The notes under the pieces were generated by a model. It saw only the letters and a list, made by a program, of their open reading frames with translations, searched no databases and was not told where the DNA came from. The position numbers and the translations under genes are program-made. A stretch of 64,000 bases of DNA from an uncultured Acidimicrobiales bacterium (GTDB taxonomy: Bacteria > Actinomycetota > Geothermincolia > Fen-727 > Anoxymicrobiaceae). The DNA is taken from contig CAZEJS010000010.1 in the NCBI GenBank assembly GCA_964512645.1, forward strand, positions 7,022-71,021. The letters run 5' to 3'. Of the stretch, positions 17,499 through 26,529 are shown piece after piece (within the stretch, counting starts at the first letter, position 1; every line of letters begins with the position of its first letter).

Positions 17499-19200
17499 CC
17501 GCCTCGCCCGCCGGATTGGCGGTGTCAACCGCGGGAGAGGTGTCGCCCTGTTCCCCCTCTTCCGCGCCTTCAGGCTCTTCGTCCCAGTCCGGCAGTATCC
17601 TCGGCATGCTGACGTCCAGCCTGATCGAACGCTTGATGTAGCCGCTGAAGACGAGCGGTATCGAGAAAATCACCAGTACGGCCACAGCCAGCAGGATCCA
17701 ACTGCGGCCGGATCCTTTCGTCCTGCGCGGGGCCGCGCTCCCCACCACGCCCCCTTCCCCGAAGACGTCCGTGCTCGACCACTCGGACGCCTGGAGAACC
17801 TGTCCGCCGGTGACCCGGCCGGAGAAGAACCTGTCCCAGCTCTTTCCGGTGCCGTTCTCCAGGACCTCGCTCACGTCAACCTGGGTGTAACGCTTGCCCT
17901 TCATGCCGTCGAACCGGTCCGCCATCCTGCCCAGAAACCATTCCATGTCCTTGGCGCCTCCGGCTGTCTGGCTGCGCAGGCGCACCGCGAGGGATGCCAG
18001 GACGCATGCCCCCTTGGTAGCCAGCAGGTCGGCGGCGGCGGGGTCAGATTCCGCGTCTTGCAGGCTGACGGTAAGCGCCAGAGGATCCGTCAGGTACTCG
18101 GAATAGACCCGGGAGAAATCTGCGTAGGCGTCGTTGGCGTCGAGGAGCCCGGTCTTGCCCGCGACCCGGTAGGCGTAGAACCATGGCAATCCCCGTTCGA
18201 GCCATTCGGCTCCGCCCCCGGGCTTCGCCGCGAGGGAAAGGCCGTTCCAGAGGCCGAGCCAGCCCCTGGCCGCCGCGGAGGCGGCGCTCCCTTTGATGTC
18301 GGATTCTGCGGTGGAGAGAAGGAAGGAGTCCCTCAGTGCCAGCGACCCCGACCGGCCCGGCCCGGCGTCCGGCACGCGGACTACCAGCACGGAAGCCGCT
18401 TCCTGGTCGGGCCTGGCTCCCAGGACCTTCACCACCTCGTCTCGAAGCCTGGAAAGGCCTTCTGCGAAGGACCGCCGCTGCTTCGAACTCAACCCGCTGA
18501 ATCCCGCTGTGATCCTCGGACCCCTGCCCCTCAGTTCGACAACGTCCATCTTGCCCCAGGCGATGAAGTTGGAGAGAAGCTCGCCCGTCGTTCCCACGGC
18601 GTACTTTCCCTTCTCGCCGCTCCAGGGGGCAAGTACGGCTTCCCCGGGGGCGCAATCGACTTCAACCGAATAACCACCCTCGAAGTAGTCCCCGGAGGCA
18701 TCCTGGGGCGCCAGGAGCACGTCTGAGGCGCTGAAAACCTTCAGGTGCCTGTCGGTTATGGCACGGGGAGGAACGGCGCTTCCAGCGACGCCTCCGCGCT
18801 CCCAGTAGTACTCGGGGTCGCCGGGGGCGAAACGGACCCGGTATTCCACCTCTACCGCGCCATCGCCCCTGGAGATGAGCTCCCAACCGTTCGCCGGTCC
18901 CTCGAGGGGCTTGACCTCGTATCCAGGGTCGGCCGGCCCGGTGAGTTCGAGCGCCGGTGGAGGCCCCGAAAATGGCGGCTCCGAGGTTGCGTCCAAGGGC
19001 TTGAGAACGGCTTTCTGGCCCGCTTTCATATTGAAGGTCAACCTGACGTCCACCGCCGTCCGATCCGCAGCGTCGGACCTCAAGGTGTACTTCACCGCTG
19101 CTTTCGAGGCGGCGCGTGCGGCAGTGGGGGAGGGGACGGCGACCAGCGCGGCGAACAGGGCCGCGAACAGCCATACGGATATGTTCCGGGCAGCTTTCAT
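17458..19200 (-). CDS. Secreted protein with cleavable signal peptide and C-terminal membrane anchor plus acidic tail; function unknown
   Basis: Probable start MKAARNISVWLFAALFAALVAVPSPTAARA (ATG 19200, SD AAGGAG). C-terminal TM WILLAVAVLVIFSIPLVFSGYI is followed by a D/E-rich tail. Lies 64 nt downstream of the FtsX-like permease. Confidence 0.7.
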   Translation of the reverse strand: MKAARNISVWLFAALFAALVAVPSPTAARAASKAAVKYTLRSDAADRTAVDVRLTFNMKAGQKAVLKPLDATSEPPFSGPPPALELTGPADPGYEVKPLEGPANGWELISRGDGAVEVEYRVRFAPGDPEYYWERGGVAGSAVPPRAITDRHLKVFSASDVLLAPQDASGDYFEGGYSVEVDCAPGEAVLAPWSGEKGKYAVGTTGELLSNFIAWGKMDVVELRGRGPRITAGFSGLSSKQRRSFAEGLSRLRDEVVKVLGARPDQEAASVLVVRVPDAGPGRSGSLALRDSFLLSTAESDIKGSAASAAARGWLGLWNGLSLAAKPGGGAEWLERGLPWFYAYRVAGKTGLLDANDAYADFSRVYSEYLTDPLALTVSLQDAESDPAAADLLATKGACVLASLAVRLRSQTAGGAKDMEWFLGRMADRFDGMKGKRYTQVDVSEVLENGTGKSWDRFFSGRVTGGQVLQASEWSSTDVFGEGGVVGSAAPRRTKGSGRSWILLAVAVLVIFSIPLVFSGYIKRSIRLDVSMPRILPDWDEEPEGAEEGEQGDTSPAVDTANPAGEAVTEIDRPDEERSP

Positions 19201-19264
19201 CGAAAAAGCGGACTCCTTGTTTTCAACCGAGTATAACAGAACGAACCGCCAGGCAACCGGTCCT

Positions 19265-21655
19265 CTAACCCCCGCGCTCCTTGGTGGCCTCGGCAAGCTC
19301 CACGCGCTTGACGTAGCGCAGGGCCGGAAGCTGGCAGAGCAGCAGGATGACTATGATTCCCACGCTCACGGCGACATAGCTGCTCGGATCGACGATGAGC
19401 GAGAGGGTCATGAAATCCGATTGCTGAAGGCTCATGGCGTACCTGCCCACCGCTACGCCCAGAAGGATTCCCGGTACGATGGCCAGGAGCCCGAAGATGA
19501 GGTTTTCGACCGTGGTCATCGCTGAGATCTTCCAGGATTCCGTGCCGATCGTCCTGATGGTGGCGATTTCACGCTCCCGCTCGAGGATATTGATGGTTAT
19601 GGTGTTGAAAGTAAGGGTAAACGCCATAAGGAGCGCGAAGACCAGCATGACGTACACGATGATGTACATAAGACCCATGTACTGGTCCACCTCCCGCTTG
19701 ATCTCCTTCAGGTCGATTATGGCCGCGAGCCCGGAGATCTTCTGGAGTCCCCGCCGGACCTGGTCCTGCTTGCCGGGAAACGCCTTCACGTAGAAGCTGC
19801 CCCTGGCTATGGTCCCGTATGCAAGCAGCTCCTGGGCTTCCGGCCGGCTGACGTAGAGGATGTTCCCCAGGGGCTCCTCGATGAACGGACCGACTGTGAA
19901 CGCCTTCTCGCGCCAGGCCGTCTTCAGGGTAACCCGCTGCCCCTCCTGGATCCCTTTTTTCAGGTGGTAGTACTGGTTGAGCAGGACGTGCCCGCCCGCG
20001 AGCTCCACCGGCTTCCGTTCCGGGGTATAGAACCTGCGCATCCGGGTGTCCGGCTGCACCCCCATCATGACGGTGTCGTTGGACCCGCCGTCCCAGGAGA
20101 GCTTGACGTTGTAACCTGTCGTGGGCTCGACGCTCGAGACCCCATCGACGCGCTCTATGCGGTTGATCACCGCGACGTCCCTGTCGCCGAGGAAGATCGC
20201 GACCATGTCGAACCTGTTGTTGAGGGAGAAGCCCCGGTTCATAGCGTCGCTCGAGGTGTCGAGCACGGCGAGGAACACCAGGACTATCATCACCGAGAAG
20301 ATCAGCCCGAGGAGGGTGAAGGCGGTGCGCCTCCTGTTCCTGAACATGTTCCTCAGGGGCACCTTCAGGAACATCGGCAGCCCCTTGAGGGGCGGCAGTA
20401 CCCGCTCGAGAAGGGGCTGCTTGAAGACCGTCTCCAGGGTCTCGCCCCGCATCGCTTTCGAAGGGTCGAGGCGGGCCGACCTGGCGGCGGGCACTATCCC
20501 GGCGAACGCGCAGAACGCCAGGGAGAGCATCCCTCCCTGGAGCAGCACCAGCCAGTAGGTCCTGGTCTTGACCAGGGGGAATCCGAGCGTTCTGGCGTAC
20601 ATGGTGGTGATGAAGTACGACAGGCCGAACCCTGCGGCCATTCCCACCACCGCCCCGATGAGGCCGATGATCAGCGCGAAGGAGAGGTAGTGCCCGAGGA
20701 TGTCGCGCCTGCGGTATCCCATCGCTCTCATGACACCGATGAACGGCCTCTGGGTGTAAACGAGCCTGCTCAGCAGGATGTAGATGCTGAAGCACGCTAT
20801 GCCAAGGAAGAGGAGAGGGAAGAAGAGGGCGAAGCTCCGCATGCCCTCCAGGTCCATCTTCAACATGTTGTTGCCGTTGTGCTGGTCCCTGGTCACGACC
20901 TCCTTGATCCCGGTGTTCTTCATGACCTCTTCGGCACTGGCGACCGTATCGTCCACCCTCGAGTAGTCGGCGACTTTGAAGAGGACCTGGTTGTAGAGGT
21001 TCGGAAGGTTGGCCATCCACCTCGCGTCCTCCGTCGGCACCCAGAAGATGGCCATGGTGGAGGCGGAAAGCATCGGGCTGAAGTCGCCTTTGTCTCCCGC
21101 CAGGACCAGGTACTCCGGGTTACCGGCTACGCCGATCACCTTGATGGGGATCCTCGACCCCTGGCGCAGGTAGTAGAGGTAGTCCCCTGGCTTGATCCCG
21201 TAGAAATCGGCGAAGTGAGACTCGGCGATGCAGACCCTGGATTCGCCCTTCTTGAAGAAGCGTCCCTTTTTTACCAGCAGGTCGTCCACCTGGGGCTGTT
21301 CCGGTGGGATACCGAGGGTCCTGCCCATCAGCTTCTTGCCGCTCGCGAGCTCGACGGATACGTCCGTCTTCACCCGGGGCGTGAGCATGGTTACGCCTCT
21401 GATCTTCCGTAGCTTCTCGACGACGTACCGCGGAACCTGCTCCGCCCTCACCGAGAAGTCGGCGAAGTTGAGCCTTTCGTAGGTGTATTCGTACGAAGCC
21501 TGGAGGTTCCGGTACGACATCGACGAAGCGATGAATATCATCACGCCGATCATCACCACCAGCGTGATCGCTACGAACCTCACCTTAGCGCCAAGAATCT
21601 CCCGTATCAGCTTGATGCGCATCGAGTTCATCTCGGGCATCTTCAAACTGCTCAT
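19265..21655 (-). CDS. FtsX-family ABC-transporter permease with duplicated permease modules (YbbP/MacB-like, type VII)
   Basis: 796 aa; two repeats, each with an N-terminal TM, a roughly 200-aa extracytoplasmic domain and a 3-4 TM FtsX domain; no ABC ATPase gene nearby. Confidence 0.85.
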   Translation of the reverse strand: MSSLKMPEMNSMRIKLIREILGAKVRFVAITLVVMIGVMIFIASSMSYRNLQASYEYTYERLNFADFSVRAEQVPRYVVEKLRKIRGVTMLTPRVKTDVSVELASGKKLMGRTLGIPPEQPQVDDLLVKKGRFFKKGESRVCIAESHFADFYGIKPGDYLYYLRQGSRIPIKVIGVAGNPEYLVLAGDKGDFSPMLSASTMAIFWVPTEDARWMANLPNLYNQVLFKVADYSRVDDTVASAEEVMKNTGIKEVVTRDQHNGNNMLKMDLEGMRSFALFFPLLFLGIACFSIYILLSRLVYTQRPFIGVMRAMGYRRRDILGHYLSFALIIGLIGAVVGMAAGFGLSYFITTMYARTLGFPLVKTRTYWLVLLQGGMLSLAFCAFAGIVPAARSARLDPSKAMRGETLETVFKQPLLERVLPPLKGLPMFLKVPLRNMFRNRRRTAFTLLGLIFSVMIVLVFLAVLDTSSDAMNRGFSLNNRFDMVAIFLGDRDVAVINRIERVDGVSSVEPTTGYNVKLSWDGGSNDTVMMGVQPDTRMRRFYTPERKPVELAGGHVLLNQYYHLKKGIQEGQRVTLKTAWREKAFTVGPFIEEPLGNILYVSRPEAQELLAYGTIARGSFYVKAFPGKQDQVRRGLQKISGLAAIIDLKEIKREVDQYMGLMYIIVYVMLVFALLMAFTLTFNTITINILEREREIATIRTIGTESWKISAMTTVENLIFGLLAIVPGILLGVAVGRYAMSLQQSDFMTLSLIVDPSSYVAVSVGIIVILLLCQLPALRYVKRVELAEATKERGG

Positions 21656-21856
21656 CCCTTCTCGTGGCCCCGGTTTTTCGGGGCTTTCTTACACAGCATG
21701 CTCTCCTGGACGGTCCGCGTTCCCGGCGCGTTTCAGGCTCGCGCAGCGCAAACGCGTCCGCCGAGGCGCCAGGCGCAAAATACGACCTGAGCTCCGACTG
21801 GTGAAATGATAACCAATATGAGCAAAGAATGCCTCAAACGTGGAAGGCACAACGCC

Positions 21857-21887
21857 CCGCCGGGTCACCGGTGTGACCTCCCGGCGG
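21857..21887. repeat. 31-nt GC-rich perfect hairpin/palindrome
   Basis: CCGCCGGGTCAC-CGGT-GTGACC(T)CCCGGCGG: about 13 bp of stem with a tetraloop and no trailing U-tract. Confidence 0.6.
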
Positions 21888-21926
21888 TCGCTTCCCTGTG
21901 GATGGAACCTCTATCGCGAATGTCCC

Positions 21927-21940
21927 ATAATATATATTAT
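21927..21940. repeat. 14-bp perfect AT palindrome ATAATATATATTAT inside an AT-rich island
   Basis: Self-complementary, embedded in cccATAATATATATTATgtaaacttatt within an otherwise GC-rich 650-bp intergenic region. Confidence 0.6.
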
Positions 21941-22312
21941 GTAAACTTATTGCGAACCACCCTTTTCCCCGCCCCGCAATCCCTCGTCTCGCACCTCTCC
22001 TCCCTGCTCGTGCAACCGGGTTACGTCTTGCGGGACGGCGACCGTCCTGTGTTAACTGTCAACAGGTGCAATCGGCTGAGGTGTTCCACCGCCTGGCGGC
22101 TCGTCGCCCCGGGCCCGGCGGGGCCTCTCCCCCGTCGTACCTGCCGCGGGCACTCCCCCGAGACAGGTCACCCGCCTTTTCCGGCGCGCAATTCCGGCGA
22201 CTCGGGTGACGGATGCCTTGCGCAATGTTCGCGCCGGCTACACCGGCCAGGGAAAGCAAGCGCGTATCGCGCGCGTTCTGGCGGCATCATTCCGGCTGTA
22301 GAGGCGAGGAGA

Positions 22313-22870
22313 TCAGGACCTGCGGGACAGGGCCTCCCGGAGCATTTCCGTGTAACGCTCGTTCAGGAAGTAGCCCATGTCCTGCTCGAACTCGAAGAGG
22401 TTCTCGCGGCGGTAATCCTCTGAGGCCTTTCTGCGCATGTTCAGCATGGCGACCGTCAGGCTGTGTATCTCGAACTCCACGTCGCTCAAGGAGCGGTCGA
22501 TCTCGTCGATGAACTCCTGGATCATCATTCCCCGGCCTTTCTCCAGGAGCACCTTGAGCGCGGTCATCTCGATCTCTCCTAGTTCTCCGATGTACCGGTC
22601 GAGTTCTTCCTGAGTCCATGTGTCCGGTTGCGGCACCATGACTATCCAAGTCTCGGTGGCGTCAATTCCTTCGACACCCCGTACGGTGGAGAGGATGGTG
22701 TCCTGGAGCGTCTCCAGATCGGGCCCGTGCATCACCGCTACCACGTCGTAATGACCGGACACGCCCTCGGCGGAGAGCACCTGCGGCATCTGGGACAGCG
22801 TCCGCATCACCACGTCAAGGTTTCCCGCGCTGACTGTTATAAATACGTATGCCTTCTTCTTCACGTCCAC
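22313..22870 (-). CDS. Lrp/AsnC ligand-binding (RAM) domain protein with an unknown C-terminal extension
   Basis: N-terminal 80 aa (AYVFITV..G.LD.V...L..MPQVLSAEGVSGHYDVVAVMHGPDLETLQDTILSTVRGVEGIDATET) match a stand-alone RAM domain; the C-terminal roughly 100 aa are novel; no N-terminal HTH. Confidence 0.7.
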   Translation of the reverse strand: MDVKKKAYVFITVSAGNLDVVMRTLSQMPQVLSAEGVSGHYDVVAVMHGPDLETLQDTILSTVRGVEGIDATETWIVMVPQPDTWTQEELDRYIGELGEIEMTALKVLLEKGRGMMIQEFIDEIDRSLSDVEFEIHSLTVAMLNMRRKASEDYRRENLFEFEQDMGYFLNERYTEMLREALSRRS

Positions 22871-22882
22871 TCCCCTCGCGTT

Positions 22883-24490
22883 CTACAGGTTCGCCACGTC
22901 CACTCTTTCGATCAGTTCGTCCCTGAGGACCCTCTTCAGGACCTTGAGCGTCATTCCGTACGGCATCTCTCTCCGGACTTCGACGTAGCGGGGCGCCTTG
23001 TATGCGGCTATATTCTCCCGGCACCACTCGAGGAGTTCCCCGGAGTCGAGGTCCTTCCCTGCCACGGGGGTGCAGACAGCGGCGACGACCTCCACCTTGG
23101 TGGGGTGCGGTATCCCGACCACCGCGACCTCGTCCACCAGCGGGTGTGTCCGGATCTCCTCCTCCACTTCCCTGGAAAAAACGGAGTAGCCGCCGGCCTT
23201 CACCACGTCCTTGGTGCGGTCCACGAAGTAGAGCAGGCCGAACCTGCCCCTGCGAGCCACGTCACCGGTGTGGAACCAGCCCCCCCTGAAGGCCTCCTCG
23301 TTTCTCTCCGAATCGTCCCAGTATCCCTTGGTGATGTTGGGGCCCCTGACCACGAGTTCGCCCGCCTCTCCCCTGGCGACAGGCCTGCACTCCTCGTCCC
23401 ATATCCGGGTGCGCACCGGGAACACGGGGATTCCCACGCAGCCGTGCTCGAACGACACCCGTTTCGTCGAAAGCTTCAGTGCTGTTATCGGGCTGGTCTC
23501 CACCTGCCCGTAACCCTCGAAGAACATCCCTCCGAACCCCATGAACTTGCGTATCTGCTCCACGGGCATCGCGTCGGCGCCCGACGCCCAGAGCCTCATG
23601 GAAGAAAGGTCGTACTCCTCGGCCCCGCTGTGCAGCAGTATGGAGTACATCGCGGGCACGCCGACGAACACCGTCACCCCTCGCTCCTGGATCAGCTCCA
23701 GGACCTTCACCGGGTGGAAGTATTTCATGAAATATCCGCGGGTGCCCAGCATGAAGCACAAGAGCGCCACGCAGAACCCCATGAGGTGGGCGCCGGGAAG
23801 CGCGGAGAGCCCGAGGTCGCGCTCGGAGACGGGGAGCACCCCTGCAGTGATCCTCTGTGTGGTGATGAGGTTCCGGCCGGTCATCATCGCGCCCTTGGGA
23901 TACCCGGTCGTCCCTGACGTGTAGAATATCGCCACCGTGGAGTTGGGATGGACGGAGCGCGGCTCCAGCGACGGCGAGGCGGAGTCCAGCATCTCGTCCA
24001 GGCTGTAGAAGCCTTCCGGCAGGTCCTCGCGGGGCCCGGCCATTACCCAGGTCTCGATGCATTCGATGGCGGACCGTTCCTTGATGTTGACATCGAACAC
24101 GTCCCTGTCCGTGACGAGGACCCTTGCGCCGCAGTTGGTTGCAATATACCTGATCTCCGAGCCCTTCAGCATGTAGTTGAGAGGCACCGCGATCGCCCCG
24201 ATCTTGAAGCAGGCATAGCACAGCAGGAGCAGTTCCAGGCGGTTGCCCATGGCGAAGACAACCCTGTCGCCCCGCTTCACCCCGATGTCCAGCAGGCAGT
24301 TAGCCAGCCGGTTAACGAAATGGAGCGCATCGGCGTAGCTGAGCTCGTCCTCGGGCATGAAGCGATAGTCGAGCGGCTCGTCCAGATAAGCCATCGTGCG
24401 GTCGCCGTAGACCGCCGCCGCCTTGTCCCAGAGGTTGGCCATCGACAGCTTCGGGTCCAGGATCAGCTTGAACTTCGTGAGGTACGACAT
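22883..24490 (-). CDS. fadD: Long-chain fatty-acid--CoA ligase / acyl-CoA synthetase (AMP-binding)
   Basis: YTSGTTGYPKG AMP-binding motif, GYGQVE, and the hinge/A10 region; probable start MSYLTKF (ATG 24490). Confidence 0.85.
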   Translation of the reverse strand: MSYLTKFKLILDPKLSMANLWDKAAAVYGDRTMAYLDEPLDYRFMPEDELSYADALHFVNRLANCLLDIGVKRGDRVVFAMGNRLELLLLCYACFKIGAIAVPLNYMLKGSEIRYIATNCGARVLVTDRDVFDVNIKERSAIECIETWVMAGPREDLPEGFYSLDEMLDSASPSLEPRSVHPNSTVAIFYTSGTTGYPKGAMMTGRNLITTQRITAGVLPVSERDLGLSALPGAHLMGFCVALLCFMLGTRGYFMKYFHPVKVLELIQERGVTVFVGVPAMYSILLHSGAEEYDLSSMRLWASGADAMPVEQIRKFMGFGGMFFEGYGQVETSPITALKLSTKRVSFEHGCVGIPVFPVRTRIWDEECRPVARGEAGELVVRGPNITKGYWDDSERNEEAFRGGWFHTGDVARRGRFGLLYFVDRTKDVVKAGGYSVFSREVEEEIRTHPLVDEVAVVGIPHPTKVEVVAAVCTPVAGKDLDSGELLEWCRENIAAYKAPRYVEVRREMPYGMTLKVLKRVLRDELIERVDVANL

Positions 24491-24658
24491 GTCATCCGCC
24501 TTCCCTTTGCGCCCACCACCGCTTGCTCCAGAGTATACTACGTCTGCAGGGCCCGCGGGCACCGTCGCGGTTGCGGCAAACGCCCGCTTCTGCAGAAATT
24601 TAACCGCGCAGGCCGGGGCGCCTGGGAACAGGAATCGCCGAGCCGGGGAAGGAGCGAG

Positions 24659-25162
24659 ATGTCCGGGATCCGCCCGCAGGAGGAGATGGAAGCTGGTGCG
24701 GGGTCAAGGCGGCTTTCCATTGGACTGCTGGTCATATCGGGACTGGGATTGGTGTTCGGTGCCGGCCTGATAATCTCCGGCAGCATGCTGACCTGGCGCT
24801 CCGACCGGGTGCTGGGCCTTTACAGCCGTTCCGGCTGGGTTTTCGACAACATCCTGGCGGGCGACGGCAAGGTCACGATGGCGCTGGGGGCGCTCATGGC
24901 CGCAGGTATAGTGCTCGGGTTTCTTCTCAGGAACAAGTGGGCATTCGCCGTAGCGCTGGCGGCGGACCTGGCGGTCATGGCCCTGGCTGTCTACGAGCTC
25001 GTATTCCTGGTTACCAGGCCGGGCATCGTGGGGCCGGGGAACGGCCTGTATATGGTCCTGGGGGGAACAGTCGCCGGCGGGCTCTGCGCCCTGGGAGCTT
25101 ACCTCATGATGGCCGAGACCCCGCGAGGCGAGGAAGGCGTTAACGCTCAGCCGGCCCAGTAG
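24659..25162 (+). CDS. Small integral membrane protein (4 predicted TM), hypothetical
   Basis: ATG 24659 with SD GGAAGGAG; hydrophobic segments LLVISGLGLVFGAGLII, MALGALMAAGIVLGFLL, AFAVALAADLAVMALAV and YMVLGGTVAGGLCALGAYLMM. Confidence 0.55.
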   Translation: MSGIRPQEEMEAGAGSRRLSIGLLVISGLGLVFGAGLIISGSMLTWRSDRVLGLYSRSGWVFDNILAGDGKVTMALGALMAAGIVLGFLLRNKWAFAVALAADLAVMALAVYELVFLVTRPGIVGPGNGLYMVLGGTVAGGLCALGAYLMMAETPRGEEGVNAQPAQ

Positions 25163-26529
25163 GAGCCCGCTTCCTTAACGCGCCCGGCGCCAGGAATCGC
25201 CCCTGCCCACCTTTCCAGCGCCCCGGGCGCATCCAGGGGCGGATACCTTTTATAATGCCGGTAGGTCCTGGAAGCCCGCAGGCCCGACGAGGCAAGGCCG
25301 AACAGCTTCCCGGGGGGCACGTACCCGGCGCGCAACTTCCGCGCCACCCAGACCGGGCCGAGCGCCGGCAGCTCGGGAACCAGCCCGCTGTAGACGTCGG
25401 CGGGTCCCACCAGCCCCTTGGAGATCATCATGTCGAGGTCCTCGACGGTAAGCCCTGCGGTATGCTGTCTGATCACGTCGTAGTAAGCCAGCAGGGCTCC
25501 CCTTCCGCTCTGAAACGCGTGGCAGTAACCCCACAGCGAAGGCCTGTCGGCGTTACCGGTCTCGATGGCCCTGAGAACCGATACGGACGCGAGGTCGGCC
25601 GCTATCAGCGCCGACGCGGTGCCCGACCCGTGAGCGGGAACCACCTGGCACGCCGCGTCCCCCAGGCACACCAGGCCGGGGGCGACGAATGTGTTCAGCG
25701 GCCTCCTGATCGGTATGGGCCCCCCGTCGCCAAACACCTTCTCCCCTATGAAGGAGTGCTTCTCGAGGACCGACGCGAAGCGATCCTCGGGGGTCGGCCC
25801 GCTGCCGGGCTTGGTCCCTATCAGGATGTCAATGAAACCTCTTTCGAGGTCGAGGAAAAAAGTCTCCACCGAATAGACGCCCTGCGAGCCCACCCTGTCG
25901 TACCTGGTTCCGTCCCAGATGTACCTCTTCTTCATCGATGCCCCGGCCTCACCAGGGTCGATCCGGCGGGTTTCCCTGCGCGCCAGGACTACGTCCTCCG
26001 CGTGAAGGCGCTCCGATACCCTCCAGTCGGACGGGGTGCCCGACCGCACCGTGCCGGCAATCCCGGTGCAGTCCGCGACTACCAGCGCGTGCAGCGTGTC
26101 GCGTCCTTCCGGCCCCTTCACACGGACCCCGCACACACGCCCGTCCTCCACTATCGGTCCTTCAACCTTCGTACCGCAACGCAGCGACGCGCCGCATTCC
26201 TGTGCCCATGCCGCGAGCTTTCTGACGTACGGCCCGTTGCGCACCGGGACCATCGGAACCGGGGGGAGATCCACGGCGCAACGCCTGTCCGAGGTGACAA
26301 TGGCGGTGGTGCCCGGCTCGACGAACAGCTCTGTGCCCTCCGGGGCGGGCACGCCCGCAAGCCCGAACGTGTCCCTCCCCACGTCGACCACCCAGTCCCT
26401 GTCCAGCCCCGGCTCCCGTTTCCTCTCCAGCAGAAGGACGCGGGCCCCGCCTTTCGCCGCCTTCGCGGCCAGAACGCAACCCGCGGGCCCGGCCCCCGCA
26501 ACCACCAGGTCGAATGTGCTTTCCATCAA
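25147..26529 (-). CDS. FAD-dependent oxidoreductase, geranylgeranyl-reductase family
   Basis: N-terminal FAD Rossmann fold FDLVVAGAGPAGCVLAAKAAKGGARVLLLERK, GD..G motif; about 460 aa as in GGR/ChlP-like enzymes. Confidence 0.8.
   Translation of the reverse strand: MMESTFDLVVAGAGPAGCVLAAKAAKGGARVLLLERKREPGLDRDWVVDVGRDTFGLAGVPAPEGTELFVEPGTTAIVTSDRRCAVDLPPVPMVPVRNGPYVRKLAAWAQECGASLRCGTKVEGPIVEDGRVCGVRVKGPEGRDTLHALVVADCTGIAGTVRSGTPSDWRVSERLHAEDVVLARRETRRIDPGEAGASMKKRYIWDGTRYDRVGSQGVYSVETFFLDLERGFIDILIGTKPGSGPTPEDRFASVLEKHSFIGEKVFGDGGPIPIRRPLNTFVAPGLVCLGDAACQVVPAHGSGTASALIAADLASVSVLRAIETGNADRPSLWGYCHAFQSGRGALLAYYDVIRQHTAGLTVEDLDMMISKGLVGPADVYSGLVPELPALGPVWVARKLRAGYVPPGKLFGLASSGLRASRTYRHYKRYPPLDAPGALERWAGAIPGAGRVKEAGSYWAG

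Noticed and set aside
23948-25162. 404-aa plus ORF.
   Set aside because: Its first roughly 237 codons are antisense to the fadD gene and have low-complexity translation. Only the 3' 167 codons, from ATG 24659 with an SD, look like a real membrane protein.
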